Below the pieces are notes generated by a model, which saw only the letters and a program-made list of their open reading frames with translations, was not told the origin of the DNA and made no database searches. A program made the position numbers and the translations under genes. From Prasinococcaceae sp. CCMP 1430 (Eukaryota; Plantae; Prasinodermophyta): a stretch of DNA of 64,000 nucleotides. The stretch is from NCBI GenBank assembly GCA_013416795.1, contig RQSC01000007.1, positions 116,490-180,489 on the forward strand, in the 5' to 3' direction. This document shows positions 40,899 to 51,136 of the stretch, in pieces (position 1 is the stretch's first letter; every line of letters begins with the position of its first letter).

Positions 40899-43800
40899 AT
40901 GTCGAGCAAGGTCGCTCCTTCGGACGAGGCCGAGGCGTTCCCCGCCACGCCCAACAAGAGCGCGTTCAAGCTCACCAAGGAACAGCTCCCCGAATCGGTC
41001 CGTGAAGCCAAAGCGCCTGCCCCCAGTCCTACCCCCCGAAAGATGCGAACAGGGCGCGCGCTGACGGCCCCTGCTACGCCACTGGCACCGGCCCTCGCTC
41101 CGGCGCCCCCCATCCCCCATCCCCCCCATACACCTGCGCTCCCCCCCCACACACACACACACCGGCGCTCGCTGCGCCCGCGCTCGCCCCGCGCTCGCTC
41201 GCTTCTCGGGGCCACTGCCAGCAACACCGCGTGGCGCGCGCTCCGTGCCGACGCCACCCACGCCTCGCCCGCGCGCGCGGCACCGCAGTGCCACAAGATC
41301 GTCGAAGAGATCGACGACGAGGGCAATGGCGTCATCGAGCTCGACGAGCTCATTGAGGTCTTCACCACGTTCGCCAAGCTGAAGAAGGCGAATCGCACCG
41401 GCGAGATCTTCATCGACACGCTGCCGGCGGCAGTGCGCGCGCCGCTGAGGGTGTTCGATCAAGATGGCGACGGCACGGTGGCGCCGATGGAGCTCGCGCG
41501 CGGCGCCGAGCTCTACCTGGAGAGCAAGAAGATGGTGAAGAAGCTCACGCGCCTCGCCGTGGCCCTCCTGCTGCTGATGGGGATCATGCTAGCAGCCATC
41601 ACGGGCCTCGTCTTCACCGTCGTCGAGCTCTCCAAGGAGACCAAGATCGAGGGCGGCGTGACGCTGGACAAGACCACCGGCCTGCCCACCGCCTCGGCGG
41701 GGCTCAGCGACGCCTCGGGCGTCTCCAGGACCGCAGACAACAAGACGGCGTCCGCAGCGGTGAACGCGGTGCCCGCCGATCTGACCTCCTCGTTGCCCGA
41801 CGAGGCCTTCGACCAGATGCGCTACCTGCGCGTGGAGAACGAGCAGGCCAAGCTGGTCCTACAGATCCACGGCTGGGCGCGCTTCTACGAGGGCGACGGC
41901 TCCACGGTGGTGCTCATGACGCACGCGGGCGAGTGCCGCATCACCGGCCGACAGCTGTCGTTCTCCTCGGACGTCTCGCCCGTCTTCGAGCAGGCGGGCT
42001 TCACCGTGGACGCCTCGGGCAGGCGGCTGCTCTCGCTCTACTCGCTCGTGGGGCTCTTCAACAACATCGACAGCTTCGAGGGGTTGGATGAGAACGCCCA
42101 GCTGCCCTCTTTCCCCGACAAGTTCTACGTGGAGTACGACATGTTCTACGCGTGCTACCAGACCGGCGCCGACGCCACCGGCGCCGACCGCTGCGACGGG
42201 CTGGACCTGTCCCACGCGGAGGAGGGCGCGACGTTCAACAACCTGGCGGTCACCGCCGACGCGCAACCCGCGCAGAGCAACTACATCCTGGCCGTGCGCG
42301 GCAAGATGTGGTACGACAACGGCAAGGCAGTCGAGGTCAAGGAGTCGGTGCTCCGCAAGGACGCCTACGACTCGGTGACGTTCTTCAACCCGGGAGGAGA
42401 GGGCGCCGAGGATGACCACAAGGGCTCGTGGATGTTCGACGCCAGCACGACGACCGAGCTTGGCCGCTCGTACGTGCCCCCCGCCAGCGACATTCCGGCC
42501 GACCACCCGGAGTTCCCGGGCGTGGTCATGTGCGAGCAGTCGTATGGCGAGGAGAGCGAGGTGGGCATGGGCGAGGTGCTGGCGATGCACATGGATGGCT
42601 ACTTCGACGGTGAAGTCGAGGTGGTGGAGGGCTCGTACGGCCTCGGCGGCAAGACGGTGCGAAAGTTCCGCCTCGAGGGCGACGAGACAATCAAGTACAT
42701 GACGGCCTACCTGTTTGACGAGAAAATGTCCGACGGCACCTACCTGCCGAGGCGGGTCTCCAACCAGCTGGACGGCGAGGGCACCGTCTTCATCCTCAAG
42801 TGCTTCAACGACGAGTGCGAGGGCGTCGACCCCGATTGGTCCATCGCCGATGCAGACCTGGAGCTGCCGCAGGGCTGCTCGGCTCCGGAGGCGGTGCTGA
42901 AGGCCTCGCCCTCGGTCGAGCTGTTCGCGGGGAGCAACCCCTTCCCGCCGGGCGCGATCGGCGACCCCAACAGCGCGTCGACCCGCAAGCTCTTCGCGAA
43001 GATCATGGACGACCGTCGGCGCGTGGCCGAAGGCACCGTGAGCGCCGATTCGCGGCGCTCGCTGCTGAGCGCCGAGCACCACCTCGGCCGCGACCTGGCC
43101 GCACTGGCGGGCATGGGCGACATCGAGGCCGATGCGCTGCTCACCGAGGACGGCATCCGCTTCGAGCTGCCCAACCCTGTCAAGGCCGACAGCAAGGTGC
43201 TCACGGCGCCGCTGGAGGACCTGGCGATGTACGGCCTCCACAACGACGGGCGCCACCTGCTGGGGGCAGCCACCAAGTTCAAGCAGCTCTGGCAGTTGGC
43301 GGGGTCATCCAAGGCGCAGGTGCAGCTCAGCGCCAACGACCGGCCTGGAAACTGCCGGTCGGTGTACCTGCAAGGCGTCCCCGTAGGGGCGGTCTCCTAT
43401 TTGGTGGGCTTCAACCCCGAGCCTGGGAAGCAGGGCACGTACTGTTTGCTCGCGATCGAGGGCGAGCTCCAGTTCGGCATGATCAGCGTGACGCTTTCGT
43501 TCATCATCGACGTGGACAAGACCAACGGCTTCGCCGGCAACTTTGAGATCGCGGGCAAGGTGACCTTCGCCGTTGGCGTGTACGGCGTGGGCATCCCCTT
43601 CGCCGAGGGCTCCATCGTCGGCGGGCAGCAGGTCAAGGGCTCGCACCCGTGCATGCAGAAGGGGGTCTGCAACGGTGACACGAACGTGGCGACGGTCGGC
43701 TACGCCGGGCTGGTCGCCAAGGTGAACGTGGTGGCCGTGTGGGGCACGCTGTACTATTACGTCTACCCCTCCCAGACGATTGACGATCGCACGCACTACC

Positions 43801-44138
43801 TGCTCAAGGGCGACGTCAACGTGGGCATCAACGTCGGCTTCTTCTCGGTGGGCGCGCAGGTGTTCAACAACGCCGACAACCCAGTGATGTGGTGGGAAGA
43901 CAACGACGGCAACTCCGATACGTACTCGGGCAAGAAACTCAACCTCGGCGACCGTTGTGGGTGGAACGACAATCAGGCCTGCTTCACGGGCGTGTGCTGC
44001 GCTTGCTACTACGGCATGGGCGTCGGCTCCGATGGCGCGTCGACGCAAGCGGGCGACATCTGCGACACGCACGAGTCGTGGTGGGGCTACTGCGAGGGCG
44101 AGTACTCCAAGGCGCAGGGCGGCAACCCGTCGTGCTAG
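40899..44138 (+). CDS. EF-hand + single TM + ~850-aa ectodomain protein of unknown function; exons 40899-40997 and 41289-44138
   Basis: Two EF-hand loops (DDEGNGVIELDE, DQDGDGTVAPME), a TM helix (LAVALLLLMGIMLAAITGLVFTVV), then a long acidic domain with a Cys-rich C-terminus. Confidence 0.85.
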   Translation: MSSKVAPSDEAEAFPATPNKSAFKLTKEQLPESVREAKAPAPSPTPRKMRTGRALTAPATPLAPALAPAPPIPHPPHTPALPPHTHTHRRSLRPRSPRARSLLGATASNTAWRALRADATHASPARAAPQCHKIVEEIDDEGNGVIELDELIEVFTTFAKLKKANRTGEIFIDTLPAAVRAPLRVFDQDGDGTVAPMELARGAELYLESKKMVKKLTRLAVALLLLMGIMLAAITGLVFTVVELSKETKIEGGVTLDKTTGLPTASAGLSDASGVSRTADNKTASAAVNAVPADLTSSLPDEAFDQMRYLRVENEQAKLVLQIHGWARFYEGDGSTVVLMTHAGECRITGRQLSFSSDVSPVFEQAGFTVDASGRRLLSLYSLVGLFNNIDSFEGLDENAQLPSFPDKFYVEYDMFYACYQTGADATGADRCDGLDLSHAEEGATFNNLAVTADAQPAQSNYILAVRGKMWYDNGKAVEVKESVLRKDAYDSVTFFNPGGEGAEDDHKGSWMFDASTTTELGRSYVPPASDIPADHPEFPGVVMCEQSYGEESEVGMGEVLAMHMDGYFDGEVEVVEGSYGLGGKTVRKFRLEGDETIKYMTAYLFDEKMSDGTYLPRRVSNQLDGEGTVFILKCFNDECEGVDPDWSIADADLELPQGCSAPEAVLKASPSVELFAGSNPFPPGAIGDPNSASTRKLFAKIMDDRRRVAEGTVSADSRRSLLSAEHHLGRDLAALAGMGDIEADALLTEDGIRFELPNPVKADSKVLTAPLEDLAMYGLHNDGRHLLGAATKFKQLWQLAGSSKAQVQLSANDRPGNCRSVYLQGVPVGAVSYLVGFNPEPGKQGTYCLLAIEGELQFGMISVTLSFIIDVDKTNGFAGNFEIAGKVTFAVGVYGVGIPFAEGSIVGGQQVKGSHPCMQKGVCNGDTNVATVGYAGLVAKVNVVAVWGTLYYYVYPSQTIDDRTHYLLKGDVNVGINVGFFSVGAQVFNNADNPVMWWEDNDGNSDTYSGKKLNLGDRCGWNDNQACFTGVCCACYYGMGVGSDGASTQAGDICDTHESWWGYCEGEYSKAQGGNPSC

Positions 44139-44287
44139 ATAGAGGTCGCAGATCGTGCGACCACTCGTGCAGTGGCAGCAGGGCCACGTGGTAAGGATCA
44201 TTTGTGCAAGCAGCAAAGGGAGATGGCTTACGTGTCGCCTCGGCTCGGCGCCCAATGCATTGCTCACGCGGGGGCCGCGCCAGCCGC

Positions 44288-44856
44288 TCACAGTCGCTGC
44301 AGCGCGAGCACCTTTGGCGCGCCCGTGCGGTTGGCCACGTCGAGCCACACGCATCGCCACTCCTTCGCCGGCAGCCCTCGGGCCCATTCGGCCAGAGCGG
44401 CGTGCTCCTCTGCGCCGCCGTCGTGGCGCAAATAGCACGTGATGACCATGACGCCGTTCGGTGCCAGGTGGCGCGCGGCCTCGGACACCGCGCGCAGCGT
44501 TGTGTGCGCCTGCGTCGCGGCGGGGCGCGTGTGCTGGCCATCGTCGCTGAACTTGCCGGGGAGGTATCCGAGGTTGGCCACGACCGCGCTGAGGTGGGCC
44601 ACGCCCCGCCGGCTCACCGGCAGCGCGTCCGCGAGCTCCGAGTGGCAGCGCGCGTGCACGCGCACGCGCGCGCGCGCGCGGGCCGGAAGCGCGTCGGCCA
44701 GCCGCTGCTGCGTCGCCGCGACCGCATCGGGGCTCACGTCGAATGCGTGCACGAGCACGTGATCACCTCCGTCGTCGCCTCCGCCCACCTCGCCGCCAGC
44801 GCGCTCTGGCGCGTTGTGGGCGCCCTCGCAGCAGCACAGCTGGGCCAGCTTGAGTG
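44288..44856 (-). CDS. YtqB/MraW-like putative rRNA SAM methyltransferase, 5'-truncated by the n at 44857
   Basis: VHAFDVSPDAV, ANLGYLPG, HTTLRAV, LAPNGVMVITCYLRHDGGAEE. Confidence 0.8.
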
Positions 44857-45140
44857 NCCGTCCCCGCCTGCTCCGGCCGCCCCCGCGCCGACGGCGCGCT
44901 GTGGCGGCGCGGCGCGCAGGCGCGAACTCGCACGCACCGCGGGACGGGAAGGAGCACGAAAACGAACGAGCCCACGTAGGGTTTACGGAAATACCTGACT
45001 TCGAACCTAAATTACATCCCATCTTTTACCCAAAACCTAAATAGGGTGACGCGCTCACCGGTCAGACGTAATGTGGTGGACCGCCCCCACCCCAAACCGG
45101 CGACTGATCGGCGGCGGCGGAAAAATTCGAGCTGCTGCGA

Positions 45141-45148
45141 TTTCGCGC
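45141..45148 (+). promoter_or_regulatory. E2F-type site TTTCGCGC upstream of RFC4
   Basis: Matches TTTSSCGC, about 190 bp upstream of the ATG of a canonical E2F-target replication gene. Confidence 0.5.
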
Positions 45149-45330
45149 GCTCCCGCGCGCGCTCGCGCTCGCGCGGCGCCTGAGGGGGGGGGGGAGGGGC
45201 GCCACACGGCGCGCGTGCCGCTAGGTGTGGTTCTGGTTCTGGTTCTGGTTCTGGCTCGAGGGGCAGGGCAGGGCCTTGCGAGCGCTGCGCGGCCGGCGGC
45301 TGCGGGGCGGTTCCTGCGCGGGAGGGGGCG

Positions 45331-46542
45331 ATGGCCCAGCCGATGGCCGTCGATGCCGGCGGCGGCGGCACGGGCGGCTCGCAGGCGGCCGACGCGAGCA
45401 CAGCGCCGTGGGTCGAGAAGTACCGCCCGCGCACGGTCGACGACGTGTCGCACCAGGGCGAGGTGGTGGCCGCGCTCCGGCGCTCGATGGACACGGGCAA
45501 CCTGCCGCACCTGCTCTTCTACGGGGGACCGGGCACCGGCAAGACGACCACCGCGCTCGCGATCGCGCGCCAGATGTACGGGCCGGACCTCATGAAGACG
45601 AGGATCCTCGAGCTCAACGCATCCGACCAGCGCGGCATTGGCGTCGTGAGGAACAAGATCAAGGCGTTCGCGAGCGCGGCGGTCGGCGAGCCCGCGCCGG
45701 GCTACCCCTCGCCGCCGTACAAGCTGCTCATCCTCGACGAGGCCGACTCGATGACCGAGGACGCGCAGAACGCGCTGCGCCGCACGATGGAGGCGTACTC
45801 GCGCGTGACGCGCTTCGTCTTCATCTGCAACTACGTCAGCCGCATCATCGGGCCGATCGCCTCGCGCTGCGCCAAGTTCCGCTTCCAGCCGGTGGACGGC
45901 GAGAGCGCCACGAAGCGCCTCAGGTTCATCGCGGAGAGCGAGGGCGTCCAGGTCGAGGAGGGCGTCTACGAGAAGGTGCTCGAGCTCTCCGGCGGCGACC
46001 TGCGCAAGGCGATCAACACGCTGCAGAGTGCGGCGAGGCTGCGGCACGGATCCGCCGTCACCGCCGAAGCCGTGGTGCGATCGTGCGGACAGGTGGAGAG
46101 CGGCGTGGCGGACGCGCTGTGGAAGAAAGTGTGCAGCAAGAGCTTCGACGACATGCACAAGGAGGTCGAGGCGACGGTGGCGGACGGGCACTCAGTGCTG
46201 CAGGTGCTCCAGCTCCTGCAGGACGCGGCGATGCAAGGTGGGCGAGCGCCGCCGCTCGCGGCCGCCGCACCTGCAGCGCGCCCTCTCGCCGCGCAAGCGC
46301 TGACTTCGCGCGTCGCGCGTCGTGCGCCACGCTGCAACCACCAACCCGCCCGCGCAGCCGTGGTGGCCGAGGAGGAGAGCATCGCCGAGATGCACGCGGC
46401 GGCAATCTGCGTGCGACTCGCGGCGGCAGAAAAGCGCCTGCTGGATGGTGCGGACGAGTTCCTGCAGCTGCTCGACGTGTGCTCTTTCGCGCAGAGGACC
46501 CTGCAAGGCCTGCCGCAGGTGTCCATGCCAATGCACGCATGA
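45331..46542 (+). CDS. RFC4: Replication factor C 37-kDa subunit (RFC4; yeast Rfc2); probable intron 46238-46357
   Basis: PWVEKYRP, Walker A GGPGTGKT, ELNASDQRGI, Walker B ILDEAD, SRC, GGDLRKAI, RLLDGADEFLQLL. Confidence 0.93.
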   Translation: MAQPMAVDAGGGGTGGSQAADASTAPWVEKYRPRTVDDVSHQGEVVAALRRSMDTGNLPHLLFYGGPGTGKTTTALAIARQMYGPDLMKTRILELNASDQRGIGVVRNKIKAFASAAVGEPAPGYPSPPYKLLILDEADSMTEDAQNALRRTMEAYSRVTRFVFICNYVSRIIGPIASRCAKFRFQPVDGESATKRLRFIAESEGVQVEEGVYEKVLELSGGDLRKAINTLQSAARLRHGSAVTAEAVVRSCGQVESGVADALWKKVCSKSFDDMHKEVEATVADGHSVLQVLQLLQDAAMQGGRAPPLAAAAPAARPLAAQALTSRVARRAPRCNHQPARAAVVAEEESIAEMHAAAICVRLAAAEKRLLDGADEFLQLLDVCSFAQRTLQGLPQVSMPMHA

Positions 46543-46657
46543 GCGACCCGCGGGGCGGGTCGCTCAGGCGCCGCGCACCGCGCCCTGCTGGGCCGCCCGG
46601 AAGAAACCATTAAAAAAATACAGGTACCAAATATTACGTAGAATGGTGTACAGGCGC

Positions 46658-47860
46658 TCACTCGGCCGCGGCACCGCCGGTCGCCGGCTTGAGCAGCTCG
46701 AAGCTAAACCCGAGCTCTCCGAGCAGGCGCACTCGATCCTCCGGCAGCCTACCGGCCTTGAACAGGTATCGCTGCCGCACGCACCAGCTGCCCAACCCGG
46801 GGAAGTGCTTGAATTGTCGCGGCACCGCGCAGTCGCCCGTCACGTCGTGGTAGGCGATGAGCTCGAGCAAGCGGCGCTCCCACGCCGCAGCCTCGCGGCT
46901 CTCGACGACGCTCGTGAGCGCGCGCGCCTCGGACTCGGCCCAATGGTCCGCGCTGCCCCAGTCGAAGTCCAGCACGCTCAGCCTGCTCCTCGCCGCGTCG
47001 GGCAGCTCGCCCGCGTGGTACAGCCTCTGCATGAGCTCCGCCCAGTCGCGCAGCGCCTTGGGCACGTCCCCCGCGAGCGCGGCTGCGCCCGAGCCCGAGC
47101 GGATGCGGAGCGCGACGAACTCGTCGAACATGGCCTCCCAGTGCTCGTCCATGACGCCCCAGTCGAAGCCGATGCGCTCGAGCAGGTCGCGCCGCCTCTC
47201 GCTGAGCTTGCCGCGCCGCGCGAAGATCTGCTGCGACTCGGCCCACTGGCGCATCTCCTCGGCGACCCTAGCGCTGGGCCGCGGCAGCTCGAGCTCCGCG
47301 CAGGCGGCCTCCGTCACGAAGCAGCGGAACCACTCGTCGTCCTCCACCGAGCTTCCGAGCAGCTCGGGGCAGTTGACGAGCAGCGCGCCGATCTGCGACG
47401 CGCTCGCACCCAGCTGGCACAGCAGCCGCAGCAGCGGCGCCAGGTTGTTCGTGACTGTGCGGCGCAGGCGCTTGTCGAGCAGCGCGCGCCCGCGCTTGGT
47501 GACGCGCCACGAGCACGCCGCGACGACCACGTCGCGCGCGTCCTCGGGCGCCATGCCCAGCGCCTCCAGCGCGTTCTCGATCTCCGCGGTGGCGCTCTCC
47601 TTGGCCACGCTGGCGGCGCGCCGCCTGCGCACCACCTGCAGCGACGGGAGGATGGCTTCCCCCCAGCCCTCGCCCTCGCGCACGAGCTGGTACACCTCCT
47701 CGTACTGGCTGAGGTCGTCCGCGTCGTCCCCGGAGACGAGGCGCTCCTGCGGGGCCGCGCCGCCGTCGCCGACGCCAGCGCCGGGCGCGCCGTCGCCGGT
47801 CGCGCCGTCGTAGCCGCCGTCCTCCCAGTCCGACACGTACGTGACCGACCCCACCGCCGA
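46658..47860 (-). CDS. Helicase-associated (HA) repeat protein with an mTERF-like helical segment; 5' end unresolved
   Basis: Three HA-like units (W..Q...GKLSERRRDLLERIGFDW; WEAMFDEF...LSVLDFDW; WERRLLEL...LGSWCVRQR...RVRLLGELGF), preceded by LCQLGASASQIGALLVNCPELLG. Confidence 0.75.
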   Translation of the reverse strand, partial: SAVGSVTYVSDWEDGGYDGATGDGAPGAGVGDGGAAPQERLVSGDDADDLSQYEEVYQLVREGEGWGEAILPSLQVVRRRRAASVAKESATAEIENALEALGMAPEDARDVVVAACSWRVTKRGRALLDKRLRRTVTNNLAPLLRLLCQLGASASQIGALLVNCPELLGSSVEDDEWFRCFVTEAACAELELPRPSARVAEEMRQWAESQQIFARRGKLSERRRDLLERIGFDWGVMDEHWEAMFDEFVALRIRSGSGAAALAGDVPKALRDWAELMQRLYHAGELPDAARSRLSVLDFDWGSADHWAESEARALTSVVESREAAAWERRLLELIAYHDVTGDCAVPRQFKHFPGLGSWCVRQRYLFKAGRLPEDRVRLLGELGFSFELLKPATGGAAAE

Positions 47861-49588
47861 GCGCGGCGGTCCTCGCCGCGGCCGGCGCGAACGTCTTCCT
47901 GTGGTGGTTCGCGCCGTTTCTGAGCGGCGGCGGGTACAGCTCGGAGGCGCTCGCGCTGTTGCAGGGCCTAGCAAACTCGGCCGGCGTGGCACAGATCAAG
48001 GTGAGGCCTGCTGCGGGCGGGGGCGCAAGAAGTCAGGCGCGCGCGGCGCGGGTGTGGGCGAGCGTGCCAGCGCGCGCCGGGGGCGGCCGCTGACGGGCGC
48101 TGCCACCCATGGCTCCCACCACGCCGGCCGCGCGATCAGGCATCGCACCACGGCGATGCGTACGACAGGCGCTTCGCCGCGGGCCTTCCGCCGGCGACGG
48201 CGCGTACGCTGCGACAGGCGCTCTTCGCCGAGCTGCCGCCGCAATCGCGCCCGCTCGTCGTCGTGTGTAACTCGGAGCCTGGCGCGTGGAGCGTCACCGA
48301 ACGTGGCGCGCTCTTCGAGACGGAGCAGTGCCCGCCTCAATCGGTGACCGATCCGCACGGCGTGCACCGACGGGCGGCTGTCGTCGGCCGTGTCGCGTTC
48401 GAGACCGATGGACTTAATAGTGAGCACAAGAAGCGCATCGACGCGATGGACGCCGTGTGGGTGCCAACGCAATGGCAGGCGGACGTCTTCGCGCGCGAGG
48501 GCGTGAAGACCGTCGTGCGCGTCGTACCGGAGCCCGTCGACACGGACTTCTACAGGCCGCTCAAGGGCGACAAGCAGCAGAGGCAGACCGCCGGTGCAGC
48601 GCTTGCCGAAGGCGCGCTCGGTCGAGCGCTCTCGAGCTGGCTCGGCCTCGGCGACAGCGACAGCGCTCGCAACGGCGCGGTGGCGGACGCACCGCTGCCG
48701 CTGCCGCTCGGCGGCGCCAGCGCCGTCTTCCCGCGCTGGGCACAGGAGTGCGCTGACGCAGAGCCAAAGTTTACGTTCGTATCAGTATTCAAGTGGGAAC
48801 AGCGGAAGGCCTGGGACGTGCTTGCACGTGCATTCGCGGCTGAGTTCGATCCAAAGGAAGGGGTTTCGCTGCACGTACTCACATCCGAGTACCACAACGA
48901 TGCGAGTGCCTTCGTTGGCGCCTTCCGCGAGGCAGCGGGTGGGGGCGACACGCCATCGTGTGCGTATGTCTCTGCCGAGCATGTGGCGCAGGCCGACATG
49001 CCGCGGCTGTATGGGGCCGCGGACGCATTCGTGCTGGCAAGTCGCGGCGAAGGATGGGGCCGGCCGCACGCCGAGGCCATGTCGTGCGGCGTGCCCGTCG
49101 TCGCAACCAACTGGAGCGGCACCACGGCGTTCATCAACGAGCAGACGGGCTACCTCGTGAAGGTACGCGTTGCGATCTCGTGCCGTCCAACGCGCTCACT
49201 TGCCCCGCGATGCAAATGCGCGCGCGCGACCTCACGCGGCGCGGCGGCTCACGCACTTTGCCGACGCGATACCCGACACACGCAGGTTGACCGGATGGTC
49301 GAAATCACGGACGAGGCGTCTCCGTTTCGCGGGCACATGTGGGCTGAACCCTCCGAGGTGGACTTGCGGCGGCGCATGCGCGAGGCCGTCTCAGACAAAT
49401 CGGGCTTGCGCTACCGCGCGTTGGCCGCGCGACGCGAGGCGGTCATGAAGTACAGCATCGATGCCGTCGCCAAGCTGACGCTCGCGGCCGCCAAGGGCGC
49501 TGCAGGGGACCGTGAGGAGCGCCTCCAGCGAACGCGCGGCGGGGGCGTGCACGCCCAAGAGTACGTGCGCGCGCGCGACGAGCTCTGA
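47845..49588 (+). CDS. GT4 family glycosyltransferase (At3g10630-like); exons <47845-48000, 48140-49162, 49286-49588
   Basis: WWFAPFLSGGGYSSEA...IK|ASHHGD, GRVAFETD, VWVP, SVFKWEQRKAWD, SRGEGWGRPHAEAMSCG, ATNWSG. Ends RDEL*. Confidence 0.88.
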
Positions 49589-49644
49589 GCAGCGATGTAC
49601 ATTGCAGTATTTTTACATTCTTTTGTACAACAGGTGCGCCAAAT

Positions 49645-50599
49645 TCATGCGTCGTACAGGCCGAGCCCGAGCGCGTCGATGGCGCCAATTGAGATGCGAT
49701 CAATGACAGCGTGCGCGGCCTCCGCGCGCTCCTGCACATTGGCCTGTCGCTCCGCGGTCTCGGTGACCAGCACACTGTACAAGCCCAGCGACTTGGCAGC
49801 GGCGGCATTCTTGGCGGAGTCCTCGAAGAGCACAGCTGCACAAGCGCGGGGGCAAAGCAGCAGCAGTTGTCAGCACATCGCCGCGAGCGATGGTGGTCGG
49901 TTGCAGCACCCACCGCTCGCATGGCCGCACAGGGTCCATCCACGGGCGCGCACCGCATGCGCAAGCGCATGTGCGCGCGCACCTCGATGCGCCTCCTCGA
50001 GGGACAAACCTGCGCGGCCCAGCGCCACCTCGAAGGCAGCCCTGTTGGGCTTTGGCTCGGAGTAGCTGTCGCTGCCGACGATTCCCTGGAAGAGACCTGG
50101 CTCGTCGAGCCCCAGGCACTCGAGGCACACCTCGGCCTCGCGCTCGCCAGTGTTGGTGAACACCAGGGCGGGAACGCTCAGGGCGCGCACGGCTTCGATG
50201 ACTTCGTCATCCGGCTTAAGATACTTCGGCGCGCCGCCCTGTCTGCAGTACGCCACGAACTCCTTGCTCTCGAAGGCGAATCCCATGCGCTGAAGCCCTC
50301 TCGCCGTCTGATTGGCGAGGGCGAACGCCTCCTGCTGCAGTGCGGGCGCGTCAGCGCGCGGCACGCCCAGCCGCTCCACGATGAACTCGACCTGTCGGCG
50401 CTTGACATCCTCGAGGTAGCCAGTGCGCGGTGCGTCGTAGAGTACGCCGTCCAAGTCGAAGAGCACTACCTGCGGCGGCTGCTGCGGCGGGATGGCCGCG
50501 GCGGCTGCGGCCGGGCGCGTCCGCCTCGCGCTTCGCGCCGCCGGCGCTGCGCGCCGCGCGCCGCGCTCTGGAAGCGGCGGCCGCGCGCGCTGCGGCCAT
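49645..50599 (-). CDS. HAD-family hydrolase (pyrimidine 5'-nucleotidase/SDT1-like); intron 49982-49836; start uncertain
   Basis: VLFDLDGVLY, VFTN, EPKPNRAAF, and spliced AVLFEDSAKNAAAAKSLGL. Confidence 0.85.
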
Positions 50600-51136
50600 C
50601 GCCACTCCCCGCTCCTGCCCACAGCGCCTGCAGCGCGCACAGTGGCACATCAGGGATCGCGGTCCGCCCCGCTGGGCGCACGAGACCCCGCCAGGCGTCG
50701 GCAGAGTATCTCGCGGCGCGTTAGGGGCATTCGGATTTGGGTTTAGGATCAAAAAGGGTGCGCGACTCGCCCAGAGGATATCGAGGACCAGCGCGCGGGC
50801 GGAGCACGCGCTCGGCGCCGCGCGAGCTGGCGGCCGGCTGCAACACACGCTGTGGCCGCGGCCGCCGCCACAGGCCGCGTCGCCGCAGGCCGCAGGCCAG
50901 AGGGGCCGGCGACGGCGGGGGTGGCGGGGGCGGCCGCGGGCGTGCAGTGCTGGGAATGCGGGGCGGCGAGCGCACACGGCGGGGGCGAGAGCGGGGGACT
51001 ATGTGACCAGTGCTTCGCAAGGTCGCTCACTGGGCGGCAGACGCGCTCGACGGTGAGCCGCGAGCGCCACGCGCTCCAATTGTCACTGTCGACGCACCCT
51101 CCGGAGAAAGCGGGGCACGAGCAGTCGCCAGCCGCG

